DNA of 64,000 nucleotides from Selaginella moellendorffii (Eukaryota > Plantae > Lycopodiophyta), in contig NW_003314269.1 in the NCBI RefSeq assembly GCF_000143415.4, positions 458,401 through 522,400 of the forward strand, given 5' to 3'. The translations under genes were made by a program, and so were the position numbers. The first letter of the stretch is position 1, and every line of letters starts with the position of its first letter. Under the pieces are notes generated by a model, which ran no database searches, had not been told where the DNA came from, and worked only from the letters and a program-made list of their open reading frames with translations. Below, one piece after another: positions 50,124 through 62,876 of the stretch.

Positions 50124-51775
50124 ATGGGACTTTTGGTCCCATTGTCACAGATTTCTCCAGTGCTGGTTGGAATTATCGTCGTGGTAAGGCTCCCTCCTTC
50201 CTCTTCGAGTTTTTTTTGAGAGAATGGAGATCAGGTGTTCTCCAGCGCGCTATGGCTCCTCAGCTACATTGTGGAGTGGACGCAAAAGCTCGATCAAGGA
50301 AGCGGGTAAGCTTGTGCTTCGATCGGATCCTTTTTTTTTCTCTCTTGTGGCTGAGGCCTCGTTGTTCTCTCAGGACTACAACACCAAGTTTCTTGGAGAA
50401 TCCCTCGTCCCTTGAGAAGGTAGCTCCATGTTCTTGTCCCAAAAATTTTCTAAGCTTTTGTATCGTAATAGGTGCGATGTCCTTCGGTGTTTGGACCTCC
50501 CGAGAAATATTTGTCTCTCGTGATTCCGGCCTTTGATGAAGAGGCAAGGCTTCCTCTCACTCTCGACGAAACCTTGAGGTTCTAAAAACTTATCTTTCTG
50601 CCTTGGAAATCTTTCTCTCCCTTGGATTTTTCAACGTTGTTTTTCCTTTGCAGATATCTGGAAGGCCGCGCTGCTGTAAATAAGGCATTCACTTACGAAG
50701 TGAGTAGTTTAGAGTTCTCTAGTGGTTTTCTTTTTTCCTCTTCTTTTTTCTAGTTTTTTTGTACATCGTGTTTTGTTTTCGCAGATTATTATAGTCGACG
50801 ATGGAAGTCGAGACAACACTGTAAAAGTAGCATTCGATTACATCAAGAAGTATAAGATGGACAACGTGAGGCTCATCAAGCAAGGCGTCAATTGCGGCAA
50901 AGGAGCCGCCGTCACCAAGGTATTTCTTTCTTGTTTGATAACTCTATCCGTCGATTCATGCGTCGTGCTGTTGAAGGGAGCTCTCTGCTCTAGAGGAGAG
51001 CTCATTCTGATGCTGGATGCGGACGGGGCAACTAAAATCACAAACTTAGAAAAGCTGGAAAATGCTGTAAGTTCCTGGACGATCAGAAGAGCAAGTTTTG
51101 GCACACTTACATCTTTTGTTTTGTTTTGTTTTTGTCACTGCAGATTCTGACGTACGGGGAGAAGATACAGAAACAGAAATCTCTACGTGATCCTTCCGTG
51201 GAAAACATCTTTGACGTCCCCTTGGTTGCCTGCGGGTCACGCGCACATCTAGAACAACAAGCTCTAGCGACGGTAGATACGCTTTCCTTCTTTTCTTCTT
51301 CCTTGAAGTTTGAACATCACTGAAGATCACTTGGCTTTCTTTTCGCAGCGCAAATGGTACAGGAACTTCCTCATGAAAGGCTTCCATCTGTGCGTCCTCC
51401 TTGCTGCCGGCTCTGGAATCCGAGACACTCAGGTTTGTTGCTATAGTTTTCATAGTGTTCATGGAAAATGGAAACTTTATTCACCGAGTTTTCTTCCATC
51501 TCCAGTGTGGATTCAAGATGTTCACGAGGTCCGCGGCACAGCAACTTTTCATCAATCTCAGGCTCACGCGGTGGTGCTTCGACGTGGAGCTCTTGTACCT
51601 ATGCAAGAGATTGGGGATCCCAGCGCTAGAGATTGCCGTGAACTGGACAGAGATCCCGGGCTCCAAGCTGAGAATGACCAGCATCCTCCATATGCTCTTC
51701 GAGCTGCTGCTCATTCGTATCGGCTACGGCTTTAACGTGTGGAAAATCCACCAAAATCTTGTACAGACCAGCTGA
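50124..51775 (+). CDS. ALG5: Dolichyl-phosphate beta-glucosyltransferase
   Basis: SLVIPAFDEE, IIIVDDGSRD, LMLDADGAT, GSRAHL, DTQ|CGFKMFTR, WCFDVELL, VNWTEIPGSK. Confidence 0.93.
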
Positions 51776-51800
51776 GAAATTTTCTAACGAAATAGAAGCT

Positions 51801-51988
51801 TTAACTGAAATGATATAAGCAATAATAATGTTTGACTTGATTAAAAAAAATATCAAAATATTTCCAAAACAAAATATAATACTAACTAGTTTTGTTAACT
51901 GAAATGATATAAGCAATAATAATGTTTGACTTGATTAAAAAAAATATCAAAATATTTCCAAAACAAAATATAATACTAACTAGTTTTG
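51801..51988. repeat. Tandem duplication of a 94-bp AT-rich unit
   Basis: TTAACTGAAATGATATAAGC...ACTAACTAGTTTTG begins at 51801 and 51895. Confidence 0.93.
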
Positions 51989-51997
51989 GACAGGACC

Positions 51998-52071
51998 TAG
52001 TTCTGGCGGGGGTCGAACCCGCGACCTTCGGCTCATAAGACCAACGCTCTGACCAACTGAGCTACAGAACT
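51998..52071 (-). tRNA. tRNA-Ile(UAU): tRNA-Ile(UAU), intronless
   Basis: AGTTCTGTAGCTCAGTTGGTCAGAGCGTTGGTCTTATGAGCCGAAGGTCGCGGGTTCGACCCCCGCCAGAACTA folds as a cloverleaf; anticodon TAT; A and B boxes intact. Confidence 0.95.
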
Positions 52072-52620
52072 TGGACGCTCTAAGCCGTCCTCCAAATCAT
52101 TTTTGACTCCCAAACTTGGTGCAATTTTACCATAGAAATGAGCTGTCAAATTTACCTGCCAGAGAAGATTATTCCTCCATAGAGGAATCTCTCCGCTTAT
52201 TAACAATTATTCCGTCTCCCCTGACTGACGGCGACTTGACGGCGGCGGGCGGTCCGACCTTCCCCCGACATACGTACCTGCGACGGCGTTGTATACTCAG
52301 TAAAGTTAAAACCTGCGCCAGCCAGTAAAAGATTAATATTCTATCTTTTCACTTTGTGCTTAATCATTTTGAATTAGCACAAAGCTGCTAACGCTTACTC
52401 GTTTTACAGCTTGGGTGCTACATAGATACGTACCCATTACTTAACTATACTAAATATTTATTATACTTAATCTAATGAAATCTCCCTCATGAAAGCAACC
52501 CCACACACACTCACACACACGCACACGGACGTACGTTTTATGGGCTAGATTCCCGTGTGAATATTCCCCACCACCTTGTCATTAACTACCTCTCCTAGGA
52601 CATCATACTCGGGTGGATAG

Positions 52621-52732
52621 AGACACGTCAGGCTACCTGACACGTGGCATCACCCGGGCCGTGGATTCCCCACCTGAGGGTAACGCCGCCATTTTTTTTT
52701 ATTCGTGGAATATGCGCCGGGGCTTATATAAA
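52621..52732 (+). promoter_or_regulatory. G-box (GACACGTGGC), adjacent ACGT element and TATA box of the AP2/ERF gene
   Basis: GACACGTCAGGCTACCTGACACGTGGC at ~52622-52648; TATATAAA at ~52725. Confidence 0.5.
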
Positions 52733-52800
52733 TTTCTCCCGTGTTCTTTAGCTTGGATTTCTTCTCCACTGATCAGTCGCTTGGAGCGTGTGCTAGGGCG

Positions 52801-54075
52801 ATGAAGCGAGCGCGATGCGATGGCAGCGATGGAGCGGCGGCGGCGGCGGTAGCGAAGCCTTCGCCTCTTGCTCCTCCGGCGGGCGAGGGGCGGTATCGGG
52901 GCGTGCGCCGGCGGCCATGGGGGCGCTACGCGGCGGAGATCAGGGATCCCAGGAGCAAGGAGCGGCGATGGCTGGGCACCTTCGACACCGCCGAGGACGC
53001 GGCGATCGCCTACGACAATGCCGCCAGGGCGATGCGCGGCGCGCGAGCAAGAACGAATTTCCAGTATTCTTCTTCTTCCTGTTCGTCTCCTTCTCCTTCT
53101 TCTCCGCTCGCTTCCTCCTCATCGTCTTGCTCCGGGTGTTATTCCTCGGGGCCGACGCTATCGCAGTGCTCCTCGAATTTGGCGGCGCCGATGGCCCCTC
53201 TCCCGGCGACCATGGAGCTCGTCCAGCGCGGGCCATTCTTGCTTCCCAGGATCGCCCAGGGCTTCGGGCAGGCGCCGAGCCAGCCCCTCCAGCACCACCG
53301 CTGGCCGATCTACGATTCGAGCAACATGTCCTCCTCTCCTTCTTCTTCCTCCAACGCCAAGAGTTCTTCCATCCAGCCATCTCTTTCCACCAACATCCAA
53401 TCCGCCGCTACTGCCACTACTGCCACCACCACTACCACCACTCCGATCAAAAGCACTGGACCTTTGTCTCCGCGGGATCTTTGTCCAGATCGTCACTCCT
53501 CGAGCAGCAGCACTGCGAGCTTCGAGAGGCATCACGACCGTTCTTCCTCCTCCGCGTCGTCTCTATGGCTCCAAGTCGCGGCTCAAATGCAAATCCAGCA
53601 GCAAGATCATCCTCCCGAGCAGCGGCTCTCCCCGGACGAGATTTGCAGTGGCTTCATCTTCGACGCTAGCAACTTAAACATCCCCAGCTTGTATGAGGTG
53701 AGCTGTGGACTTTGGAGTGACACCATAGCCACCACCAACAGCTCATCCTCGTCGCGCGAGTTTAATCCCGGCACCACCACTGCCACTCCCCCGAGTTCTT
53801 GCAGTGCGATCCAGCCACAGGTGACGATCGCCCAGCAGCAGCAGGTAGCGATTCCTGCAGCGTCTCCTCTTCACGATCATCGAGAGAAAGAAGATCGTCA
53901 GAATCAGGATCAACAAAACGGCGGCGGCGGCGGCGGCCAAGTCAGGAATCTCACCGACGAGATTATCGACGACGTCGAGAGTTTTTCATCATCGCTGCTC
54001 GGTGACGAATCCACGTTGATGTATGACATGCAGCTCCTCCAAGGCTTGGTGTGCATGCAATCCTATCTGGATTGA
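52801..54075 (+). CDS. AP2/ERF transcription factor, DRN/ESR/LEP-like (group VIII-b)
   Basis: [57 protein letters not shown]; intronless. Confidence 0.9.
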   Translation: MKRARCDGSDGAAAAAVAKPSPLAPPAGEGRYRGVRRRPWGRYAAEIRDPRSKERRWLGTFDTAEDAAIAYDNAARAMRGARARTNFQYSSSSCSSPSPSSPLASSSSSCSGCYSSGPTLSQCSSNLAAPMAPLPATMELVQRGPFLLPRIAQGFGQAPSQPLQHHRWPIYDSSNMSSSPSSSSNAKSSSIQPSLSTNIQSAATATTATTTTTTPIKSTGPLSPRDLCPDRHSSSSSTASFERHHDRSSSSASSLWLQVAAQMQIQQQDHPPEQRLSPDEICSGFIFDASNLNIPSLYEVSCGLWSDTIATTNSSSSSREFNPGTTTATPPSSCSAIQPQVTIAQQQQVAIPAASPLHDHREKEDRQNQDQQNGGGGGGQVRNLTDEIIDDVESFSSSLLGDESTLMYDMQLLQGLVCMQSYLD

Positions 54076-54373
54076 TCGCGACGCCAAAAGCGAAGCTTTT
54101 CTCTCTTCTCTTTTGTTTTTGGTTCTTCGTGTGGGTTTTTTACGACGCCATCCCCCCCACCTGGTGGTACTGCTTTTACTGTAAAGAAAACTGCTGGATG
54201 CGGGGGATGATTAGCGAAGTACTTACTTTTATTACTACAGTAAAAAGAAAAACATGTTAAAGCACCGTACCAAGATCCTGGGAATTTATTGACACAAACT
54301 CGGGCAGTATACTTACAAACTTTGCTTTCTTCGTCGTGTACATTCATAGATATACATATGTGCTTGCCATGCT

Positions 54374-55986
54374 TCAGTAAAGAAACGGTATTAACGCCTT
54401 CCTGTTCTTGGGATAGTTCTCGAACTTGGACAGATACCACTCATGTGTTTCCTTGGCGGCCAGATAGAGATTTGAGAACTGGACGAAACAAAATCAAAAA
54501 TCACGATCAAATTTCCACCTTTATCGACAAAAAGAGAAAAAGAAAAAAAGAATTTAGTACCACCCAGGCGAGTAAAAACCATATCGTAGCTTGCGTCCCT
54601 CCACTTGCAAACACGAGGCCGAAGTACATGACCTTTCCAAAAAAAAAAGTAGAGGAGTTTAAGTCGGAAGTATGATGCGAAGCTCCGGGGGAATGAACTT
54701 ACGATCTCGGAGAGGTAATGAGCGCAGGAAACTTTGTCAAACCAGTCCCCATATGGTATCACGTACGTTTTGCCTTCTCCTGACTCTTCTTCGCTCGAGA
54801 GCGAGGCCTAGAGAGCAAAAGCAAAGCCCGATTAAGGAGCCGGCTTTTCCAGAAGCCCAGAAAACGAGGAGCACTTACCAAGATCTGATGGCACTTGTAC
54901 TGGTGGTACCACCCCCATAGAAAGAGTAGCGCACCCAGCCACTGGTACCAGTTCAGCCTCCATGGCGAGTAATGGAAACATTCCCACCACCGCGTGTCGG
55001 GGTTCCAAGCGCACGAACTCCGTAACCGGCCCTGTGAGACCGTGCCGAGAGTGTTGATCATGATCTCTCCGATTTCTTGGCAGCACAGCGAGAGTGGAGC
55101 TGCCACATAGAAGCTGAGAAAAGTAAGCTCTCCAAGTCCGGAAACTCGAGAAAACCAAAAGCAGTGCTACTCACAAGAGTCCGACGAGGTAGCCGAGGAG
55201 ATGCATCCGAGCGTCCGGGCCATAGGATAGAACCATCAGGGACTCGTAAAGCCTCCGGCACACCTGGAGCTCCATAAGGAGTAGCAAAAGGACGACCGTC
55301 CAGCCCCGTTGCTTCTGCTTGGCCATGGACGGGATGGAGCCCGAGCCGGCGGAAGCTCCAGCCCCGGTGAATTGCTCGACCAGCGCCGAGAACTGGATTC
55401 CATCTGTTGCTGATGATAGTGTACACATGCACGACGAGAGTGTGGCCGTGGCGAGCAAAAGAGTGTTCCAAGTCACACCAACAACGTAGAAGTGCGTGAA
55501 GAAGCTCTGTGGAACAGTGAATCTCTGCAAGGAAAATGTAAGTTGACACTGTTGGAGTACGTGGAGCAAAAATCCACAGTTGGTTTCTACCTAAGGGAAA
55601 GGAAGCTATGGAAGTGAATTGAAATGGAAAGGAAAATGTAAGTTGGCATGCGGAGAAAAAAATCCACAGTGGAGAAAGCTATGGTTTAGACCTAAGGGAA
55701 AGGAAGCTATGGAAGTGAATTGAAATAGACGGAGTGTGGAGTATGTCGACATGAGAAAAATCCAGTGGAGAAAGCTATGATTTCTTCCTAGCTATGGAAC
55801 TATTAATGAAATGCTTACCTTTGACGAAGAAGAAGAAGAATAGAGGAGCTTTCCTCTACGGCAGCAGGCAAGCACCAGAGATCGGAGAGGATGGAGCGCT
55901 TTAATTGGCAGCGCCGCCGCGACACAGATTAAAGCAGCGCCGAGCCATGCAGCGCCCAGGAGCCTATCGATCTCCGCGAAATCCAT
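54374..55986 (-). CDS. PPRD: Polyprenol reductase (steroid 5-alpha-reductase family)
   Basis: [68 protein letters not shown]. Confidence 0.9.
55531..55790. repeat. Mosaic of short direct repeats in PPRD intron 1
   Basis: ACCTAAGGGAAAGGAAGCTATGGAAGTGAATTGAAAT, GGAAAATGTAAGTTG and GTGGAGAAAGCTATG each occur twice. Confidence 0.85.
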
Positions 55987-56354
55987 CTGGAAACAAACAT
56001 ACGAGAGAATTTTAGCAATGTAGAGATCCATACCGTGATCGCAAACATCAATGCTCGGAAGAAAACCCTAGAAAACCCCTGTATATTCTCTCTACACGTG
56101 TCGTCTTGCTGTAATCCCAGCTGGTGGCCTGAGAGGCCGCCACCTCATCTCTCACTGTGCGACTTTCTTTTCACTGTGTTTTCTTAGGGTTTATGCGATC
56201 GCGCTCTTCTTTGCGGGAGATTTGCACGTCATTCCAGGTATGATCGTCGCGTAGCAAGATCGCGGCGACGCATTTCGCATTTCTTGGCCGATGCGCTCTT
56301 CTTGCAGCTGCCGATCGGCGAGTTTCTCTCACAGATCAGAGATTAGGGACTGCC

Positions 56355-57924
56355 ATGGCGTCGGAGGATCTACATTCGGAGCTCGTGAGGCTGTGGAACG
56401 AGCACGAGAGGGTTCTGTGCCAGAGGGGCGTCCCCTCAGGGATCCAGGAGCTCCTCAACTCCGCCTTTGCGAAGATCCCAGTTTCTTACTTCCCGGACGT
56501 GCCGTCTGGCGAAGGTATGAGAAATTCCCATCGTAGGAACTCTACTGAAAAAAATTTTCTTTGCATGATCGTGGATCACAGTCGTGGAGATCGCAGCTGA
56601 TACAACCATCGCCGACACCGTTCGAATTCTCTCGGAGAAGAACATCTTCTCGGCACCCGTGAAGATCCCAGACGCCGACGCCAAGGAGCGCTGGTCCGAG
56701 CGTTACTTGGGGATGGTGGACTACTCGGTGATCATCCTCTGGGTGCTGGAAAAGGCCGAGCTTGCTGCCACCGCTCTAGCCTCCGGCTCGGCAGCAGCGG
56801 CTGGAATGGGAGCCGGCGCTGTTGGAGCTCTCGGAGCTCTGGCGCTCGGAGCCACAGGACCCGGAGTTGTCGTGGGACTCACTGCTGCTGCCGTGGGTGC
56901 CGCCATAGCTGGTGGTGTGGCTGCGGACAAAGGACCTGGAAAGAATGCTTCCACTGCGGCGGACTCTCTCGGCGAGGATTTCTTCCGGGTCATTCTCAAC
57001 GAAGAGCCTTTCAAGTCCACCAAGGTAACGTAGTATGTCTTCCACCAGCTTATCTTTTGTATCTCCTTCGTTTTGCGCTGCAGGTCTGGGAGATCACGAA
57101 GTCGTTTCGATGGGCTCCGTTTCTGCCCGTGCAACCGGACGACACCATGCTGACGGTTCTGTTGCTGCTGTCCAAGTTTCGGCTCCGGAGCATCCCGATC
57201 GTGGACAAGGACCAGCCGACGGTGAAGAACTTGATAACTCAGTCGGCTGTTGTCAAGGGCCTGGCGATGTGCCGCGGACGTGACTGGTTCGACTTCATTG
57301 CCGACAAGAGTATCTTTCAACTGGGACTGCCTCGCATGACCCCGGACCAGGTTTGTCTTTCTCCATCTCTTCCTCATGTCTATAACGCGGCTCCCACAGG
57401 TGGTGTCGATTGATGCAGACAAGTTGGTACTCGACGCCTTCGTGCTCATGCGCGAGAAGAACGTTGGCGGTCTGCCGGTCGTGAAAGGCGAGCAGAAGGA
57501 ACTGGTTGGAAACATCAGCATGCGGGACATCCGGTTCTTGTTGCTTCAACCCGAGCTTTGTTCCAGGCGGAGGTAACCACAGATTTTCTTCTAGTTGACG
57601 AAGTAGTAACTCGCTTTTTCTTTGCTGCGCAGGGAGTTGACGGTGTATGATTTCATGCACAGCGCCAAGTCGTCCACTCACGACCCCCATCCAGCGCTGA
57701 TGATGCCGCCGATAACTTGCGAGGAGAGCACCAGCCTGGGCGAGGTGATCGACGTGCTCTCCACGAAAGGCATCCACCGCATCCACATCGTGGACGACAA
57801 GCAACGCATCGTGGGTGTGGTGACTTTGCGCGACATCATCTCCTGCTTCGTGACGGAGCCCGACAACTACTTCAATAACTTTGGCAGCGTCCTTGCGAGT
57901 AGCATCGCCGAGGCTACTACGTGA
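56355..57924 (+). CDS. CBS-domain protein, SnRK1 gamma subunit-like
   Basis: AFAKIPVSYFP, NIFSAPV, Gly/Ala-rich insert, SFRWAPFLPV, GNISMRDI, IHRIHIVD...VGVVTLRDII. Confidence 0.88.
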
Positions 57925-59382
57925 GATGTCGGCTGGGCAACTTCCTCGCTTTGTTTCTTCTTCCGGACTTCTTTCGGCTGGTGAGTGCGTAGTCCCCACT
58001 GGTAGTCCGGTTCTCAATCATCTTCCAGTTACAGGGCGTGACTGCCAAAGCAAAAGATTAAAAAAAATTCTAGAGAGCTTGCTTTTGAAAGTACCTTCTC
58101 GATCCTCCATGTAAGTTCACGAGAAACTTGCTGTTGATACAAGAATTGTTGTCTCTTTCATATCTCGCTCCGGTTGGTCTTGTCGAAACTGGTTGGAACT
58201 AAGAACAAAAGAGGATGGGCCAGCCTTGTCAATCACAAAAAAGTAGTCTTGCCTCGCTCTCACTTCGATCTCTTCGATGTCGAGGGCGGTGGAAGTATCC
58301 AGTCCACTGCTAAAACCGACTAAAACCATTGTTGGTAGTTTGTTCTTTCTTCCGGCTCACGGGAACACTGTTGTCTCGCCTTGCGGATTACTCTCGTCTT
58401 TGTTTTCGCTATAAAACTCCGCTGAGCTCGGCTAGTGCTCGTCTATCCATCGCCCACCTTTGAATATCACGAACACGAGTTGTGAGTGACACCAGCGAGG
58501 CAGATCGATTCAACACCCACCTAGAGAGACCCGGGTGTGCCGGAAATATATTTTTCCAAAGCGAAAGAAGAACTTGTCTTCGAAGCTTACCTGTGTAAGG
58601 AAGCTCTCACGAATCGATCTTATTTGCGTGAGTCAATCTTCGTCTTCTTGGCCGCGTGGTCTCCTCTCGCCCCCTCTGTGTGTCCGTAAGCAAGTTAAAG
58701 AAAAGCTATGGCAGTTGAAGGATTGACCTTTGATTATTGACCGTCCACTGCGAGCTGTCCTCGTATTAAAGTTTCTCTCTCGCCTTCCTGGCTGCTACCA
58801 CCGACCTTCCTTACACTACATTTTCTGAAAAGCCTGCGCGAGAAAGAGAGTTAGCCGGGTGATCGAGCAAACCAAAGGTAAGCCAGCTTACAAAAGAAAT
58901 AGTTTTTGACGATGGAAATATATACTGATTGACCGCTGCTGTTCTCTCGATTCCTGTAGCTCAAAGGAATTAATCCACGGCGACGCAAGAGAGTGTTCAG
59001 TGTCTACCTTTATATATGATCTCTCTTTCTGGTCTATCCCTCCCTCCATCTTGTTCCGGGGCCGCATAGTTGATTGCGACTCCAAATTCTCTTTCACCTT
59101 TCACTCGGTAAGTGGATTCGTCGACGTGTGAGCGAGCCTCGCTCCACTCCGGGAGCACTCATGCGCACGAACTGATATATGGCACGCCAGCGAACATTCG
59201 CACCAATCTGCAAGGTGCACTTCGGGCTTTGCGAGTCAAACAAGGATAGCGGGATCGTCTAGAAAAACTTACGCTCTCTTCGAGGTAAGAGACAAGCCCC
59301 TTTGTCTGCGGCTCTCCAGCCTATCTCACTCGCTTCTCAGCAGGCCGAGGTAGCTAGCCTGCATCGAAAAACAAGGAGCACG

Positions 59383-59793
59383 ATGAATCACATGACGAGA
59401 TGGTTCGCTATGCTGCTGGGAATGTTTACCGTCAAGAGAATTTCTAGCAAGGAGTTAGCAGACTCAGAGGATTCGCTCGACAGGTCTGGCTCGCTCTCTG
59501 GCAGCGAAGGATGTCTAACTCCAAGGGCCTTGGCCAAGCTCAAGTGGTTGTCAAAGCGCAAGGAAGCCAAGCGCAAAGCTGCTCTTTTGCGCGTGGAGCA
59601 GCAGTACAGGAAGCAGGACGATATGTTCTGGGAGAACACGGGAGCCGTGTGGCAGAGAACGATTCTCATGGGCGAGAAGTGCGAGCCTCCGGATTTCTCT
59701 GGCCTCATCCTGTATGACGAGAGAGGAAATAGAGTGCCCGAGTATCCTGCAAAGTCACCCAGAGCAGGATCAGGAGCGGGATCACTCTTCTAG
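59383..59793 (+). CDS. Small conserved plant protein of unknown function
   Basis: C-terminal VWQRTILMGEKCEPPDFSGLILYDERGN, a motif I recognise from an uncharacterised land-plant family. Confidence 0.8.
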   Translation: MNHMTRWFAMLLGMFTVKRISSKELADSEDSLDRSGSLSGSEGCLTPRALAKLKWLSKRKEAKRKAALLRVEQQYRKQDDMFWENTGAVWQRTILMGEKCEPPDFSGLILYDERGNRVPEYPAKSPRAGSGAGSLF

Positions 59794-60093
59794 GAGGTAA
59801 GCTACCTGCTGTAATGTCTCGGTTTCAGTTTCATATGATTTAACTGGACTCTTCTCGCAGGTACTCGACTCCTGCAAACACCAAAGGATTAAAACAACGA
59901 TCAAGCACTAGTTTTAGCTACCTGTAGTTGCAGCTCAGAAGAGAGTGCGTCTTCCCAGTATGTTCTCGAAGTCAAGAATCTGACTTGTTCAGCTATCCAA
60001 TATTGAAAATCCAAGTTCGGCTTACGGATGTTTGGAAGATCCATCAGCTACTGCGCTGAAGAGCCCACCATACAGCCTGCCCTCGTTGACTCT

Positions 60094-61881
60094 TCACTTA
60101 GCTCTTTGAGCCAGTTTCCTGAGTTCTTCGATTACACCCCGCGATCATCGGAGGCTTAAGTCGCATTGGTAAAGATAGTTTAGACCTTACACGCGATTCA
60201 TCTTTGTTTGCGTTTCTTGACTGCAAATTCAGAGAAAACAAGTCGGTGCTTAAAAACAACACAGATATGCTTTGCAGGTGGACCCGTTGTCTGCCATGCG
60301 GAAATGGAATTCTGCAAAAACTAGAATCAGGCACCCATACTGAAAAGGAATTCTACGAGTACCTGGTGCAAAGGCTTTGAAGGTGGCCAACCTTGAGCAG
60401 GGAGTCCCCATACATGGCCAGGCGGAACAAAATGGTACGTAGAAGGAATGGATGGAGAAGGTTGAATGTGTAGACAATCGCGTTTATTCAGCGCCTCTTA
60501 GCTTGAGCACTTCTGTTTCGATTCAGCGCGCTTGCGCTTCCTCTGAGCACGGTACTTCTGAAAATAGTGTTTACACAAGCATACAATGATGTTCTTGTAC
60601 CCGTAAGCGACTGGCAACATTATGGCGTGTGAGGGACTCAACGCCCATGATTTCCAGAATTCGAGATGGAATCGCTTTTTCCAAGCCAAGTTCCTCTACA
60701 GCCTGAACAAACAACCGGTGAAGATCTGGGCTCCAACCTGAGAAGAAACATCGTCAAGTCCATAAGAGAGGCGTTCTTACCTTTGTTTTTTTCGTTGTTA
60801 AATTTCGTTCTTTTTTGTGACAGTTTTCTACACGTTGCATGTGTTGTTCTTGTTGAGCGGCATCGACGGTTCCGGTATGGTCAGATGCTGACCTTTGCAT
60901 GGACTCCAGCTCGTCATCCAGCGTCACTTCGTCATTGCTAGAAGTCAGCTGACCATTCACGCTCTCGCCAGCATACGATTTCATTTCGCATTACTTCTTC
61001 TCTGGAAATGTACAAAAATTGTTTCTACTGATGGATAAAAACTCCAAAACACTACCTGAGATATTGTTACTTTGAGATGTAACTAGAGTGGGAATGCTGT
61101 CAGATGTTGTGTTAGATGATTGTTCTAGTCGTGTCTTGGATTGATCTTCAGTTGTAGAAGTATGTTTTATAGAGATTGTTGATTCACCGATTGGATGAAG
61201 ATGGACTCGGCTCTGCTCCTTCAAAGCCTGGAAATTTACTTAGCTGATTGAAGAAACAAAACATACATTTTTTACCTTTCTTGCTACATGCTGCCAAAGA
61301 TTTTTGAGTGTTTCGTCGTCAATAGTTCGTTTTCGAAGAAAACCAGCAGCACCAGCCTGTTTTAAAAACTTTGCGATAGGAAAATCCACTTTCAGAAACT
61401 TAAACCTTACAGCAATATCCTCTATGCTAGAAACCACTGCATAAACTATCCGGATGAGAATGAGACATGCCAAATGCTTAAAACTCACAAATTATAGGTA
61501 CACATCGTGGTGTAGAGAGGATTTCAAGGCCTTTGATGTTCTTGCTCATGGCCTTATAATAAACAAGCATTATTTCTTGATAGGTGAAGAAAATGAAATA
61601 GAAATAGTACCTCCAGCAAAGCTATATGAAACGAGCATGGCTCCATTTGTAATGCTTCACGAACAGAGTCTCCATTCACAAACGTTGTCACTGCCAACAT
61701 TATCAAGAAAATTCCCAGAGAGCTCTTAAACGATCGATCTTACCGCAGTAGTGAAAGATCTCGAGCTTAAGCTTGATCTCTGCCAGAAAATGAGGATCAT
61801 CGTCCGCAACAAGGACGTGACATCCTTCTCCCTACGAAACGCAACGATCAGATCGATCCAGACCTCAATGCGATGGATCAT
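60094..61881 (-). pseudogene. APRR2: APRR2-like pseudo-response regulator (receiver + GARP + GCT box) with stops and frameshifts; 5' start uncertain
   Basis: Exons give HVLVADDD...FHIALLE...GAAGFLRK...[53 protein letters not shown]|KYR, HVWGLP, and LPMRLKPP/GVIEELRK. In-frame TAA at 60991-60993 and 60498-60500. Confidence 0.75.
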
Positions 61882-62138
61882 TCGCAAGGATGCCGCCCGG
61901 CAGCGCCGCCGATCCAGAGGATTGCGCAAGAATCCGCCACTGGCGCGCGCGGCATCGGCATCCAGCTTCCAAAATCTAAACCCTGAGCTAAATCACGCCC
62001 ACGAAGGGAATCGAACCGCGGACGCGTCTCCGATGCCGTCCGTGTTAGGGCAAATCAATCGGACGGCTTTCCACACCTAGGGTTTAGAGGGTCTTCGCAT
62101 TTGGGCGGCTGCGGGAGAAAGAGGCGAGGCGCGGCGCG

Positions 62139-62876
62139 ATGAAGTTCCGGGTAAGAATTCGCAGCTCGAGCGCTCGATCCATCGATTGATCCCTCCCATT
62201 GTCTCGCAGTTTCACCAGTACCAGGTGGTCGGAAGAGCTACTCCCACTCCCGACAATGAGCACCCAAAGATGTACCGGATGAAGCTCTGGGCCGGCGACG
62301 AAGTGCGCGCCAAGTCCAAATTCTGGTGAGTCGAGTCGATTGGATCGATCGATCCATTTCCATTTTCTCTCGATTTACCTTTCTTTCACTCTAGGTACTT
62401 CCTTCGCAAGCTCAAGAAGGTGAAGAAGTCTCACGGCCAGATCCTCGCTATCAACGAGGTAAAGTTCTTTCTTTTTCTTTCTTTCCTCGATGCTCTAGCC
62501 TTACAAGTGAGAACTTTGGAACTTCGTGACACAGATTTTCGAGAAGAACCCGACCACGATCAAGAACTATGGCATCTGGGTGAGGTACCAGAGCCGGACG
62601 GGGTACCACAACATGTACAAGGAGTACCGCGACATCACCTTGAACGGCGCGGTGGAGCAAATGTATGACGAGATGGCGTCGCGCCACCGCGTCCGATTCC
62701 CCTGCATCCAGATCATCAAGACGGCGAGCGTCCCGGACAGTGCTTGCAAGCGCGAGAACACCAAGCAGTTCCACAGCTCGGAGATCAAGTTCCCGCTCAT
62801 GAACCGGAAGATCCGCGCGCCCAGCCGGAAGCTCAAGACGACGTTCAAGGCCAAGAGGCCAAACACTTTTGCCTAG
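62139..62876 (+). CDS. RPL18a: 60S ribosomal protein L18a (eL20), 4 exons
   Basis: MKFR|FHQYQVVGR...YRMKLWA...AKSKFW|[11 protein letters not shown]...|[33 protein letters not shown]; telo-boxes upstream. Confidence 0.96.
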
